Shown here in pieces: positions 1 to 8,522 of a DNA stretch of 64,000 nt. Origin of the DNA: a virus; the IMG/VR virus record IMGVR_UViG_3300025874_000006, positions 10,352-74,351 of that record, one strand, 5' to 3'. The notes under the pieces were generated by a model. It searched no databases, was not told the DNA's origin, and was given only the letters and a program-made list of their open reading frames with translations. Within the stretch, counting starts at the first letter, position 1, and each line of letters starts with the position of its first letter. The translations under genes were made by a program, and so were the position numbers.

Positions 1-1186
1 TCTGTCTACGTTTGATTCCGTTCACTGTATCCTGTACGTCATAACGCACATCTGCAATCAGGGATCTGTTACCTAATGCACGTGGCCCGAACTCTGCCTT
101 ACCGTTCGCGATACCACACACCTTGTGACTCAGTAGATGATCTACGATCTCACTAGGGTTAACCGGACGTTCGATATCGTACCCGCAGTATGGAGACCAT
201 ACTAGTTTGTCTTTACCTGTTGCCTTTGCCCAAGACCTTGCAGCTGTACCCAGACCGGAACCAGCATCCGTAGGTGAACATGCGATATGTACCTCATCGA
301 ACAGTTCGAACAGTCGTGAGTTGATTACTACATTTTGTGCACAACCACCGGAGTAACATAGTTTCTTACCATACTGCCGTGCAGTACCCATGATACCCAT
401 GATTGCATAGTCTGCAAAGTCTTGGGTCGCACGTGCGGCAACCTTATCTTCTACGGATAGAATTCTTTTCTTAAACTCTTTCCGGAACCTTAAACGATCC
501 TGTTCTCTTTCAGACTCTGCACCCCCAATCGCAATACCCATTTCAACTTCAGGTGCGATATCTTCTAGGTCATTGTACCAACTAATTAACCAGTCAGTAA
601 TTGCTTTGGACTCTGGACATGTGTCGTGATAGGCAGACAGTCCCATTACCACGTACTCATCTTCGAGAGGCCGTAGACCAAGGAACTTAGTAGTAAGGGT
701 ATAGACTAGACCTACCGACTTAGGGTAGTGCCATTCTTTGATTAGTTTGAAGTCGGAGTCGTAGATGACTGCTGTCTGTAACTCTCCAACTCCATCGATT
801 GATACTAGGACAGTATCTTCCTTCGAGTCCCACGGGCGCGTGTAGAACGCAGCCGCACAGTGAGATTCGTGATGTTGGTGATGCGCATCATAAGTAGATG
901 CTTCTGGATAAGGGAACTTTTCGAATGATTCTGAAGCTTGAATATGTTCAACTGACCGTCCAGTTGCTTCAATGCCACCACGCATATCAAACTTGATGAC
1001 GTGGTCTTCGTAGAAAGACACATGGTCATCATCCCTTATCATGTCCCATAATACATCAGGGATATTGGGGTCGTTCTTTTTCTTGGAGTATCGTTCTCCG
1101 TGCGTGGCAAAGTCTACAACACCGTCTTCGTTAATAATAGCAAGACCAGAGTCATGATAAAATTCACTGTATCCAACGTATCTCAT
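1..1186 (-). CDS. Carbamoyltransferase (NodU/CmcH family), truncated by the window edge
   Basis: Not in the ORF track. Manual translation from ATG 1186 gives MRYVGYSEFYHDSGLAIINEDG..HGERYSKKKND, then HHESHCAAAF, SIDGVGE, EDEYVVMGLSAY, YSGGCAQN, PTDAGSGLG and GKAELGPRALGNRSL, all typical carbamoyltransferase motifs. Confidence 0.9.
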   Translation of the reverse strand, partial: MRYVGYSEFYHDSGLAIINEDGVVDFATHGERYSKKKNDPNIPDVLWDMIRDDDHVSFYEDHVIKFDMRGGIEATGRSVEHIQASESFEKFPYPEASTYDAHHQHHESHCAAAFYTRPWDSKEDTVLVSIDGVGELQTAVIYDSDFKLIKEWHYPKSVGLVYTLTTKFLGLRPLEDEYVVMGLSAYHDTCPESKAITDWLISWYNDLEDIAPEVEMGIAIGGAESEREQDRLRFRKEFKKRILSVEDKVAARATQDFADYAIMGIMGTARQYGKKLCYSGGCAQNVVINSRLFELFDEVHIACSPTDAGSGLGTAARSWAKATGKDKLVWSPYCGYDIERPVNPSEIVDHLLSHKVCGIANGKAEFGPRALGNRSLIADVRYDVQDTVNGIKRRQ

Positions 1187-1214
1187 TATCCACCTGTGTA
1201 TCAGATTAAATTTA

Positions 1215-1222
1215 TATTTATA
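1215..1222 (-). promoter_or_regulatory. T4-type late promoter TATAAATA
   Basis: Exact consensus about 30 nt upstream of the carbamoyltransferase ATG. Confidence 0.75.
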
Positions 1223-1224
1223 CC

Positions 1225-1254
1225 AAAAAAAAGGGAGTCCTAAGACTCCCAAAA
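1225..1254 (-). terminator. Intrinsic terminator
   Basis: GGGAGTC-TTAG-GACTCCC hairpin followed by an 8-nt U tract on the minus strand. Confidence 0.85.
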
Positions 1255-1273
1255 CACCACTGAACGAAACAAA

Positions 1274-1849
1274 TCACTGTCCTTTTACATAGTCGTAAAT
1301 GTCTTTCCAGTTACGCATCAAAGGGAAATCTGATGTATCTTTGTTGTATTCGTGTTGCATGACAACTGATTCAAGTCCGACCACAGCACCGGCTATAGCG
1401 TTCTCTACTTTATCTTCTACCCACAGACACCCAGTATCTTTATACTCTGCGAGTGCCTCGTCTTTGTCAGCACCAGTATCTAGGTAAACATATTTCTCAA
1501 AGACTGTAGGGCCAAACAGTTCGCACAGGTTCTTAGTACGTAGATGTTGTGCATACTCATCGTTACTCAAAGAAGTAATTGCATGGAATATATATCCTTC
1601 TTCTTCGTGTAACTTCTTAACGTACTTGATTGCATCTCTCAGAGGTGGAACCTTACGAATCGTTGCACTCTCGTTGAACATACGACACAACTTACGTCCT
1701 TCACTTCTTTCTATTCCGAATATCTCGTTGATTTTGTACTTATCAACATCAATCGCTTCATACCCATGACGTTTCATCCAAGCTTGGAATGAATACATCC
1801 AATCCAACAACACACCGTCACAGTCTACTAAAATTACTTTATCTTTCAC
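1274..1849 (-). CDS. HAD-family 5'(3')-deoxyribonucleotidase (T4 30.2-like)
   Basis: DCDGVL HAD motif I, ITS, VEDK..N, HEYN. Confidence 0.75.
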   Translation of the reverse strand: MKDKVILVDCDGVLLDWMYSFQAWMKRHGYEAIDVDKYKINEIFGIERSEGRKLCRMFNESATIRKVPPLRDAIKYVKKLHEEEGYIFHAITSLSNDEYAQHLRTKNLCELFGPTVFEKYVYLDTGADKDEALAEYKDTGCLWVEDKVENAIAGAVVGLESVVMQHEYNKDTSDFPLMRNWKDIYDYVKGQ

Positions 1850-2037
1850 GCAACCCCCTCTTCTCTAACTTTGTTCATTATAACATAAACTTCCTTGGAA
1901 GTAAACCCTTCATTTATCAGGGAGATCATTAATTCGCCCCAGTCGGGATTCTCTAGTTGATAGATGTAGTGGTTAACTAGGTCGGTGGCCAACTCTATCT
2001 TGGTGGCATTTGAATCCTTCATAAAAAAACCTCTCAC
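1846..2037 (-). CDS. Hypothetical protein (true start probably ATG at 2022)
   Basis: ORF downstream of an early promoter and GAGAGG RBS; overlaps the next gene by 4 nt. Confidence 0.6.
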   Translation of the reverse strand: MRGFFMKDSNATKIELATDLVNHYIYQLENPDWGELMISLINEGFTSKEVYVIMNKVREEGVA

Positions 2038-2049
2038 ATTTGAAGTATC

Positions 2050-2078
2050 ATTATACTACTATATGAGAGGTTTGTCAA
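2050..2078 (-). promoter_or_regulatory. Sigma70-type early promoter
   Basis: TTGACA-17-TATAAT. Confidence 0.85.
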
Positions 2079-2096
2079 GACTTATTTTGAAAATAT

Positions 2097-2948
2097 TTAC
2101 GGTGGGCCCATACTTCTTTGCCAAGGGGTCGTCTTGAACCGGCGATCACGCCAGTGACGTACCATATCAACCTTCCATTCACCACCCGTGTAGTGACAGA
2201 ACCTTGCGTTCTCGAAGAACTCATGTTCGGCCGCATAGTGGGGGGAGTCGTTCCAAGTCGTATCGATAGTCTCTACATCGAAATCATGTTTCATCAACTG
2301 CGCAGAGATATAGGGTTGGTCATTCATGATAGACATGTGGAAGTCACCAGTATAACACCAGTCTTCCCAATTCATGAACTCATTACGTGCACGTAGACGT
2401 GCTTCCTTAGTCCAGAGAACAACTCCGGTATTCATTATCATTAGTTTGGACTTTCGGTTAGGTGGCATTACAGGGACGATAGGACAGTCATGCAGTTCGA
2501 ACTTTCGACAGAAGTTCATGTAATTCTCTTCGTTGCTGTCCCAAGAGTTGTACCCACCCCCATCAGCAGTAACGAAGTCCGACTCTAATACACCGTAGAC
2601 TTCGGCACCCGATTCCATCACGTCAAAGATATTCTCTTCGGTATTGACCACGATGTCTGTGTCTACGAATAGTAGGTTATCGTACTGGTCAAACATAGGG
2701 TCTAACCAGACACGTGCGCACTCGTGCAACAGTGAGGTTGAACATCCGTGACCTTTGGTAGCCACTCGTTCATCCGAGTAGATGTGAGTTGCACCAATCT
2801 TCTTTGCGTACTCTTCGAATGATGTGCGGGATATGTCCGCAACATCTTTGTACAAGGAAGAACGTGTACCGTCCCAACCTTTGATACCACCGCGAGCGTC
2901 TACTGCGTCACTCACAATCATATATTGGAATATTACATTATTCGACAT
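2097..2948 (-). CDS. GT-A fold glycosyltransferase (GT8/GT34-like)
   Basis: LLFVDTD (DxD), MNTGVVL, NDQ, WN and HY motifs. Confidence 0.7.
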   Translation of the reverse strand: MSNNVIFQYMIVSDAVDARGGIKGWDGTRSSLYKDVADISRTSFEEYAKKIGATHIYSDERVATKGHGCSTSLLHECARVWLDPMFDQYDNLLFVDTDIVVNTEENIFDVMESGAEVYGVLESDFVTADGGGYNSWDSNEENYMNFCRKFELHDCPIVPVMPPNRKSKLMIMNTGVVLWTKEARLRARNEFMNWEDWCYTGDFHMSIMNDQPYISAQLMKHDFDVETIDTTWNDSPHYAAEHEFFENARFCHYTGGEWKVDMVRHWRDRRFKTTPWQRSMGPP

Positions 2949-3435
2949 TCTCTAACCTTCTCATTAGTCGTTCAGACCTAAGTCCTACTTGATGGTACCA
3001 TCGCGAATCGCGTCCCTCAATAGCAGCTGTCTTCCAGTCACCTTCGAGTACCGCAGCATACATGTTCTTGAACTTACTTAGTCTTGGTCTACCTAGGTTA
3101 AACATCATATTAACCAAGACTTGCTGTACCTCATCTGGGAAACAATCGAACCGTTCTCCGTATAGTACACGACATTCGTTGATTGCGATGTCGAGGTCTT
3201 GTTGGAATGCCTCGCTAACTCTTTCGGGGGATATTTTCGTTCCGACTTTAGCGCCGAACTCTCCGTCACTTTCTTTAACGAGGTGTCCAACACCAAACGT
3301 TGGGTAGTTGAGGTGGTCGAGGTAAATCTCATAGACGACTCCTTCGTCAATCTTGAGTTGGTCATATACTGCTTGTCTATTCATGGTTTGGTTCACTTTA
3401 GGTTTACACCATAGTTTACGAATTAGTTCTATCAT
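2938..3435 (-). CDS. Phage lysozyme/endolysin (GH24, T4 e-like)
   Basis: LKIDEG..IYLDHLNYPTFGVGHL (E-8x-D-5x-T triad), LVNMMFNLG, SRWYHQVG.R. Confidence 0.92.
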   Translation of the reverse strand: MIELIRKLWCKPKVNQTMNRQAVYDQLKIDEGVVYEIYLDHLNYPTFGVGHLVKESDGEFGAKVGTKISPERVSEAFQQDLDIAINECRVLYGERFDCFPDEVQQVLVNMMFNLGRPRLSKFKNMYAAVLEGDWKTAAIEGRDSRWYHQVGLRSERLMRRLENVE

Positions 3436-3635
3436 AACTTGATGGCAAGTACCACCAAGATAGACGCCAACAAAATGTTGGTCGTTAAAATTTCAAGAGC
3501 GAGTATAGTATGATACCACACCCACCTAGTCTTGTAAGCATTTTCTACTGTGATGTCATCGGGGTCTGGCCCTGAACTATCAACAATATTTTTCCCACCT
3601 GTAGGCCCTGACTTCAACCAATGTAAAAATTTCAT
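3432..3635 (-). CDS. Small membrane protein, holin candidate
   Basis: Hydrophobic C-terminal segment; directly upstream of the lysozyme. Confidence 0.45.
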   Translation of the reverse strand: MKFLHWLKSGPTGGKNIVDSSGPDPDDITVENAYKTRWVWYHTILALEILTTNILLASILVVLAIKL

Positions 3636-3640
3636 ACAAC

Positions 3641-3910
3641 TTAAACCTTTATAGTATTGTCCTTACCAGAACCTTTTTTGATATTGCTAAGATGGTCTTG
3701 CCAATCCCTTCCGGCAAGTCTCATCGTAGACTTAACACCAGATACTATCTTAGGTGCTGAAGATGCAGGGAAATATCGTACCCATTCAGGGTTATCGACA
3801 ATCCACTGGTCGTATTCGGAAATCCGGAGAAGCACTTCCGTGACCTCTCCGGTTTCTTTGTTTTTAAAATCATACTGTGGCATTATAAGTCCATTCCAAA
3901 TTATTTTCAA
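3641..3910 (-). CDS. FmdB-like small protein lacking the zinc cysteines (likely start MPQYDF)
   Basis: MPxYDFKNxxTGE N-terminus. Confidence 0.6.
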   Translation of the reverse strand: MKIIWNGLIMPQYDFKNKETGEVTEVLLRISEYDQWIVDNPEWVRYFPASSAPKIVSGVKSTMRLAGRDWQDHLSNIKKGSGKDNTIKV

Positions 3911-3959
3911 TCACTACGACAGAAGTCTCACACACGCTTCTGAAGAGATAATCACCTCC

Positions 3960-4130
3960 TTATCGAGAAAGTTGTTGAGTAGACGAATTCAGTATATTGT
4001 AATACTGGGCAATGGTTTCCGGTCGATAATTTCGATTACCTTGGGAATATATTGCTTGGCGTCTGGTATCATGCACGAACTGTTGTAGTTCGGTAATATT
4101 TTGGTTCAACTGCTGTTCTTGACTCGACAT
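3960..4130 (-). CDS. Hypothetical 56-aa protein (MSSQEQQLNQ...QQLSR)
   Basis: Below the track cutoff; AAGGAGA RBS before the ATG; fills the intergenic gap. Confidence 0.6.
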   Translation of the reverse strand: MSSQEQQLNQNITELQQFVHDTRRQAIYSQGNRNYRPETIAQYYNILNSSTQQLSR

Positions 4131-4166
4131 AGGATTCTCCTTAGAAGTTAGTTAGTGTCGAAAAGA

Positions 4167-4598
4167 TTACTCGCGTATCAAATTTGGAAATGCCTCCTGT
4201 ACTATTTTCTTGGTTATGTAACGACATGGTGGTTTCTTTGCCACCATTTTCAGAACGTACTCAGCATCCTCCGGATGAACGGATTCTAGAAGCTGGACGA
4301 ATTGATTCTCTCTTTTGAATGATGGTGTTTGGTCACCTTGGCCACCCTTGATAAACTTACCGAACTGTTTATGTTGTTTGAGTAGAGTGGAAGGGGAAGA
4401 CTCCGCTTTATTCGGAGTGAAAGGTGGGCGCCCTGCCGGAAGGTTGAATTCCAGAGAATCATCGAAGGAACCTCGAAGGATATCCTTGAACGCCCAGTTG
4501 TCTTCATATTTTTTCAAAACATCTATCCGACTTTCTCTGGAACTTGCTTCTTTATATTCCTCGAAAACTTCAAAGACTTCTTTACGAAATGTTATCAT
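4167..4598 (-). CDS. Conserved T4-like hypothetical protein
   Basis: LPAGRPPF, RENQFVQLLESVHP and EAFP motifs, recurrent in marine T4-like phages. Confidence 0.7.
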   Translation of the reverse strand: MITFRKEVFEVFEEYKEASSRESRIDVLKKYEDNWAFKDILRGSFDDSLEFNLPAGRPPFTPNKAESSPSTLLKQHKQFGKFIKGGQGDQTPSFKRENQFVQLLESVHPEDAEYVLKMVAKKPPCRYITKKIVQEAFPNLIRE

Positions 4599-4600
4599 TA

Positions 4601-4906
4601 CTACACCTTATCAACTTTATGACACATGAAGGATTTATTGGATATGCGGATCTCATACTTATCCACACATTTCCAAATAAACATTTTCAAGGTATCATCA
4701 TATAAAATATTTAATTGTTTACTGCTATTAAGTTCTGACTTCAACATCATAATATTAAAGTCTTTTGTTTGTACTACCTTTATATATTCATTAATTAAAA
4801 GTGCTGTGCAGCCAATCCAAAGTAAAGAGCACAGCAAGGCAGTTATTGCCACTGTGTTATACGTTTTCATTAGACTTCCCCCTTGTCTATTTTTATTTAT
4901 AACCAA
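4601..4906 (-). CDS. Hypothetical membrane-anchored protein (likely start MKTYN at 4870)
   Basis: N-terminal hydrophobic helix; late promoter TATAAATA at 4894-4901. Confidence 0.55.
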   Translation of the reverse strand: MVINKNRQGGSLMKTYNTVAITALLCSLLWIGCTALLINEYIKVVQTKDFNIMMLKSELNSSKQLNILYDDTLKMFIWKCVDKYEIRISNKSFMCHKVDKV

Positions 4907-4925
4907 GGGGGTGTCTAGGGAGAAA

Positions 4926-5273
4926 TTATCTTAGACTATCCCAGTCCGAGGGGGTAGTATCATTTAAACGCAAACCAACTTGAGGAGAGTCATCGACATC
5001 CCAAGGCGGAGACAAATCTTCTTCGTCCTGTGCCCACACTGGACTTTCAAGATCAGGAATACAATCCTCTAAAGTTCTGAACAACTTGGCAAACTTAATC
5101 TCATATAGACTACGTATTCCAAGAAGCAGATTCGATATTTCGTCTGAATGAGTAGAAGACATACCCCTAAAGAATACATCGTCCCCAACATATTCCATAA
5201 TAGTATCTATGTCAGTGGTCACATTCCAACAGTTCATTATTTCTTGTTCTAAATCAAATCGGTCTTTTTTCAT
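4926..5273 (-). CDS. Hypothetical protein
   Basis: Operonic ORF with DRFDLEQEIMNCW motif. Confidence 0.65.
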   Translation of the reverse strand: MKKDRFDLEQEIMNCWNVTTDIDTIMEYVGDDVFFRGMSSTHSDEISNLLLGIRSLYEIKFAKLFRTLEDCIPDLESPVWAQDEEDLSPPWDVDDSPQVGLRLNDTTPSDWDSLR

Positions 5274-5542
5274 TTCTCTGTCTCCAACATAATTACTTCT
5301 GAGTAAACTGAAATCTTGGTTATACTCTTATTATTAATTTTGGTTCCTAGCTCTACATAGGGGCCACCACTGGGGTCTACCATACCTAAATTTAGTAGGT
5401 CAACTCCCTCTACACCTTCCCTACCACCATACCTAAAGTGATTTAGGTCACCTTCCAGAATGAACCTAGTGGGAGAGTCGGTGGAGACAAACTCGAATCT
5501 GTCCCCGTACCGATTTTTATATTCAGAGTTACTTTTATACAT
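5270..5542 (-). CDS. Hypothetical protein
   Basis: Operonic ORF with VDPSGGPY motif. Confidence 0.65.
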   Translation of the reverse strand: MYKSNSEYKNRYGDRFEFVSTDSPTRFILEGDLNHFRYGGREGVEGVDLLNLGMVDPSGGPYVELGTKINNKSITKISVYSEVIMLETEK

Positions 5543-6498
5543 TATGCTACCGCCATTTCAACTGCAAGTTCAGCTGCGCGCTTCTTCTTGACTTGGTTTG
5601 CGCCGTACCATGCAGAAGTCATTCGACCATCCGCAGTACGTCCTAATCGGTGGTCAGTTAGATACGTAACTGAGTTAAACGCCTGCCACCATGAACCACG
5701 ACCATACTCAGCACCCGGCTGTGTCTCTAACAACTCATATGCCTTCTTGGCATTTGGTGCGAGGTCGTTGTATACCTTAACTTCTTCTTTCGGTGCCTGT
5801 GAAGGGAAAAGTGAGTTGTAGTATTGAATAAGAGTGTCAGCAGTGAACTGTCGTTTGGACAACAACTGAGCCATCTCTTTGTATTGGTCAAACTTCTCAT
5901 GAGCAAGACCCATAGTAATCTTAACTTGGTCAGCATCAAACGCACGGCGATGGTTAATCTTGGTTGAGTTAACCGAAGTTCCCTTTAGTGCAAGTGACAG
6001 ACTGTTCATACAAGTTACACGAACCGGAGTGAATCGAACGTCAATTGACTTACCATACTCGTGTGGATTAGAGAACAACAAGTATGAATCGACTTGGTCT
6101 CCACCAAGGATATCGAACGACTCCTTGATTTTTGCCATCGCGTAGACCATCTTACCATCTTTCAGAGAACCCGCAGAACTCATCTCCATGTCACCGGCAG
6201 AGCAGTAATCATTGAAGAACTCGAAGGCTTGTTCGTTTTGAACGGGGTTCCAGTTACCACCGACCTGAGTCAGTACTTTGGAGTCAGTTGAACGGACGAG
6301 CGCTTCCATACCCGTAGCCACCTCTTCACCGTTGTGGTGTACGTAAGATGGGATTTTATCTACAGTCCAATCGACACCCGCTTTCTGCATCATCTGGACA
6401 GGAGTTAGGTCATTGGACACTTCGGTACCAATACCCCAAGGACATCCACCAACAACAGCGGAAGTTTCAATTTGCAAAATGTTATTTGATACAGTCAT
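5542..6498 (-). CDS. DUF932 family protein
   Basis: PWGIG, AGVDWTV, PVQNEQAF, TPVRVTCMNSL, GSWWQAFNSVT. Confidence 0.85.
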   Translation of the reverse strand: MTVSNNILQIETSAVVGGCPWGIGTEVSNDLTPVQMMQKAGVDWTVDKIPSYVHHNGEEVATGMEALVRSTDSKVLTQVGGNWNPVQNEQAFEFFNDYCSAGDMEMSSAGSLKDGKMVYAMAKIKESFDILGGDQVDSYLLFSNPHEYGKSIDVRFTPVRVTCMNSLSLALKGTSVNSTKINHRRAFDADQVKITMGLAHEKFDQYKEMAQLLSKRQFTADTLIQYYNSLFPSQAPKEEVKVYNDLAPNAKKAYELLETQPGAEYGRGSWWQAFNSVTYLTDHRLGRTADGRMTSAWYGANQVKKKRAAELAVEMAVA

Positions 6499-6527
6499 AA
6501 TATAGTTTCCTCATTGATTAAGTAGAC

Positions 6528-6556
6528 ATTATACACTTGTTTTCATTACTTGTCAA
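6528..6556 (-). promoter_or_regulatory. Sigma70-type early promoter
   Basis: TTGACA-17-TATAAT with an AT-rich UP element. Confidence 0.85.
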
Positions 6557-6581
6557 TACTTATTTCAAAAATAAATGAAAT

Positions 6582-6809
6582 TTATTCGGGGTGTACGTCA
6601 CCACCACACCAATCCAACACCAACTCGAATGCTTCTATCTGTTTGATGATGTACATAACATCCTGTTCAGGGTCTGAGTCAAAGATACCTATACCCTTAC
6701 CCTGCCTACGTTCTTCCAAGTCGCGTTCGAAACATTCAATCATAAATCGCATTTCCGTTCGAATTATCTCATCGGTCTGGTCACTATCTAGCTCTATCGT
6801 CATAGACAT
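6582..6809 (-). CDS. Hypothetical early protein
   Basis: GGAGAA RBS; operonic. Confidence 0.6.
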   Translation of the reverse strand: MSMTIELDSDQTDEIIRTEMRFMIECFERDLEERRQGKGIGIFDSDPEQDVMYIIKQIEAFELVLDWCGGDVHPE

Positions 6810-6835
6810 ATTTTATTCTCCATTAGAATATTAAA

Positions 6836-6991
6836 TTAAGAAACATCTTTCTCGTATATTTCAATATTCTCTTCCGGAACATTGAGGGCAATGAGGTCAC
6901 GCTTCATTTTTTCGGGGTTATCGACATTCCATACAATGTGTCTCTCCCCTAAACTGTCAATCCATTCTAGATTCATCACAGTCATGTTCAT
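6836..6991 (-). CDS. Hypothetical 51-aa protein (MNMTVMNLEWIDSLGERH...)
   Basis: Below the track cutoff; ATGA overlap with the upstream gene. Confidence 0.55.
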   Translation of the reverse strand: MNMTVMNLEWIDSLGERHIVWNVDNPEKMKRDLIALNVPEENIEIYEKDVS

Positions 6992-7266
6992 GCCGCAAAC
7001 TCCGACTTAGGTGAGAACCGTGGGTACAATCGGAACCGTCCCTGACTATTAATGGATTTCGTGTAGATAGTTGGTTCAGGAAGCCCTCTCTCATCTAACG
7101 CATCAAAGAACAACTGTGCATCACAGTCGCACTCTAACCATACGCTCTTGTCATTGAAGAAAGAATACTCCGAGATCTTGTTCATGAACCCTAGGTTCTC
7201 TACAGTGCGTACATCAACCTTCAGGTACGAATGGCTTGGATCAGAAATATAAGTGATTGCTTTCAT
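6988..7266 (-). CDS. Hypothetical early protein
   Basis: SDPSHSYLKV and WLECDCDA motifs. Confidence 0.65.
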   Translation of the reverse strand: MKAITYISDPSHSYLKVDVRTVENLGFMNKISEYSFFNDKSVWLECDCDAQLFFDALDERGLPEPTIYTKSINSQGRFRLYPRFSPKSEFAA

Positions 7267-7544
7267 TACACTGACTCCTTTACTTTCATTTTAGAAGAAC
7301 TATGGTCGATTATAAGGTCGCGAACACGTTCACGGTCAAGAGAGTCGCCGTGACCCCAAGACTCGTGACGAGTAGGACTAGAACAGATTTCTACATACTT
7401 AACGATAGCACGTTCAACGACTTCAACGTTCAGACCCTCAATTGGGTATAGACCGTCATACGCATAGAACGACAGAACATAGTTGCGGAAGTTAGTGAAC
7501 TCAGGGTTTTTTCTCAAACCGAAGTAATTACTAGACATAGTCAA
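7266..7544 (-). CDS. Hypothetical early protein
   Basis: YVLSFY..GLYP and GDSLDRERVRD motifs. Confidence 0.65.
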   Translation of the reverse strand: MTMSSNYFGLRKNPEFTNFRNYVLSFYAYDGLYPIEGLNVEVVERAIVKYVEICSSPTRHESWGHGDSLDRERVRDLIIDHSSSKMKVKESV

Positions 7545-7572
7545 ATCTCTCTATTCATTAATTTATGTACCC

Positions 7573-7636
7573 ATTATACTAGTTTTGATAACATGATGCA
7601 AGCAGTAAACGTGACCCAAACAAAGAAAATGGTCAC
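7573..7636 (-). promoter_or_regulatory. Early promoter with upstream GTGACC-N14-GGTCAC palindrome
   Basis: TTGCAT-17-TATAAT at 7573-7601; palindrome at 7611-7636. Confidence 0.75.
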
Positions 7637-7864
7637 TTAGTCTACTTCTTCGATGGTGATACGGTACTTCTTACCGTTCATATCTACCACGTCCAGTCTC
7701 TTGGTAGTGGATATCATATAACCTTCTCTAGGGTCTAAGTCCATTTTCACGTGACCTACTTCGCGGACAACACCCCCACATTCACTGTAACCATCTTCCA
7801 ACATGGCTGGTCTAATAATTGTGTGTGCGATGTAATCGCAGTATGCCATACCATTCTTATTCAT
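7637..7864 (-). CDS. Hypothetical early protein
   Basis: Operonic, 1-nt overlap. Confidence 0.6.
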   Translation of the reverse strand: MNKNGMAYCDYIAHTIIRPAMLEDGYSECGGVVREVGHVKMDLDPREGYMISTTKRLDVVDMNGKKYRITIEEVD

Positions 7865-8367
7865 TATGCTACCTCTTTCATTTGGGAGTAATATTTAAGT
7901 GATTCTTGATAGTCCATCCAGTCGCCCTTACAGGTCTCTACCTGAGTTGAATAGTTTGACTGTTCACCGTCAAGGTGTTGTATCCAAGAAGATACCTTTC
8001 GTTTGAGAATGCCGTAAGCAGGCATGTACTCGGAATACTCGGTGGAGGATTGTGCAACCCACTCACCTTCGGGGGTTCTCTCCATATAGATTGGAGTTTC
8101 CCAATGTTCGTGGTGGTTTGATGCATCGAAGTCGATGGCATCGATGAGGTCTTGGCTGATGATGTACTCGCCATAGTATTCATTGCTTTGGTTGATGAGT
8201 GTGGCCAACTCACTCCAGTAGGCATCATCTTGTGCCTCTGCTAGAGTACAGTCGAAGAAGTAGGTGTTACCACCCTTCATCTTCCAATGTTGAGGGCACT
8301 GGCCCTGACCGTCCCACGCATGGGCACCATAGTTTTCACTACACTGTGTTTGAACAACAATCTTCAT
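7864..8367 (-). CDS. Hypothetical early protein
   Basis: TQCSENYGAHAWDGQGQCPQHWKMKGG motif. Confidence 0.65.
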   Translation of the reverse strand: MKIVVQTQCSENYGAHAWDGQGQCPQHWKMKGGNTYFFDCTLAEAQDDAYWSELATLINQSNEYYGEYIISQDLIDAIDFDASNHHEHWETPIYMERTPEGEWVAQSSTEYSEYMPAYGILKRKVSSWIQHLDGEQSNYSTQVETCKGDWMDYQESLKYYSQMKEVA

Positions 8368-8522
8368 TATACAATCTCCAAGTCAGATAAAGAGTAACCA
8401 CATAGGGCAAAACCAGATACGCTATAGATAAGTGTCTCGGTAACAGTCATAACGTTGGTTTCCAAAGAACCCACAGAAGCCATCACGAAGAAACCACCCA
8501 ACAAACCTAACATCAATTTCAT
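8367..8522 (-). CDS. Small two-helix membrane protein (start MKLMLG)
   Basis: ATG lies at the end of the left 39-bp repeat, downstream of the early promoter. Confidence 0.6.
   Translation of the reverse strand: MKLMLGLLGGFFVMASVGSLETNVMTVTETLIYSVSGFALCGYSLSDLEIV

Noticed and set aside
805-1032. 75-aa minus-strand ORF
   Set aside because: Out-of-frame overlap within the carbamoyltransferase gene
3657-4088. 143-aa plus-strand ORF, and the many other plus-strand ORFs overlapping core genes
   Set aside because: Antisense to well-supported minus-strand genes, with no motifs or translation signals
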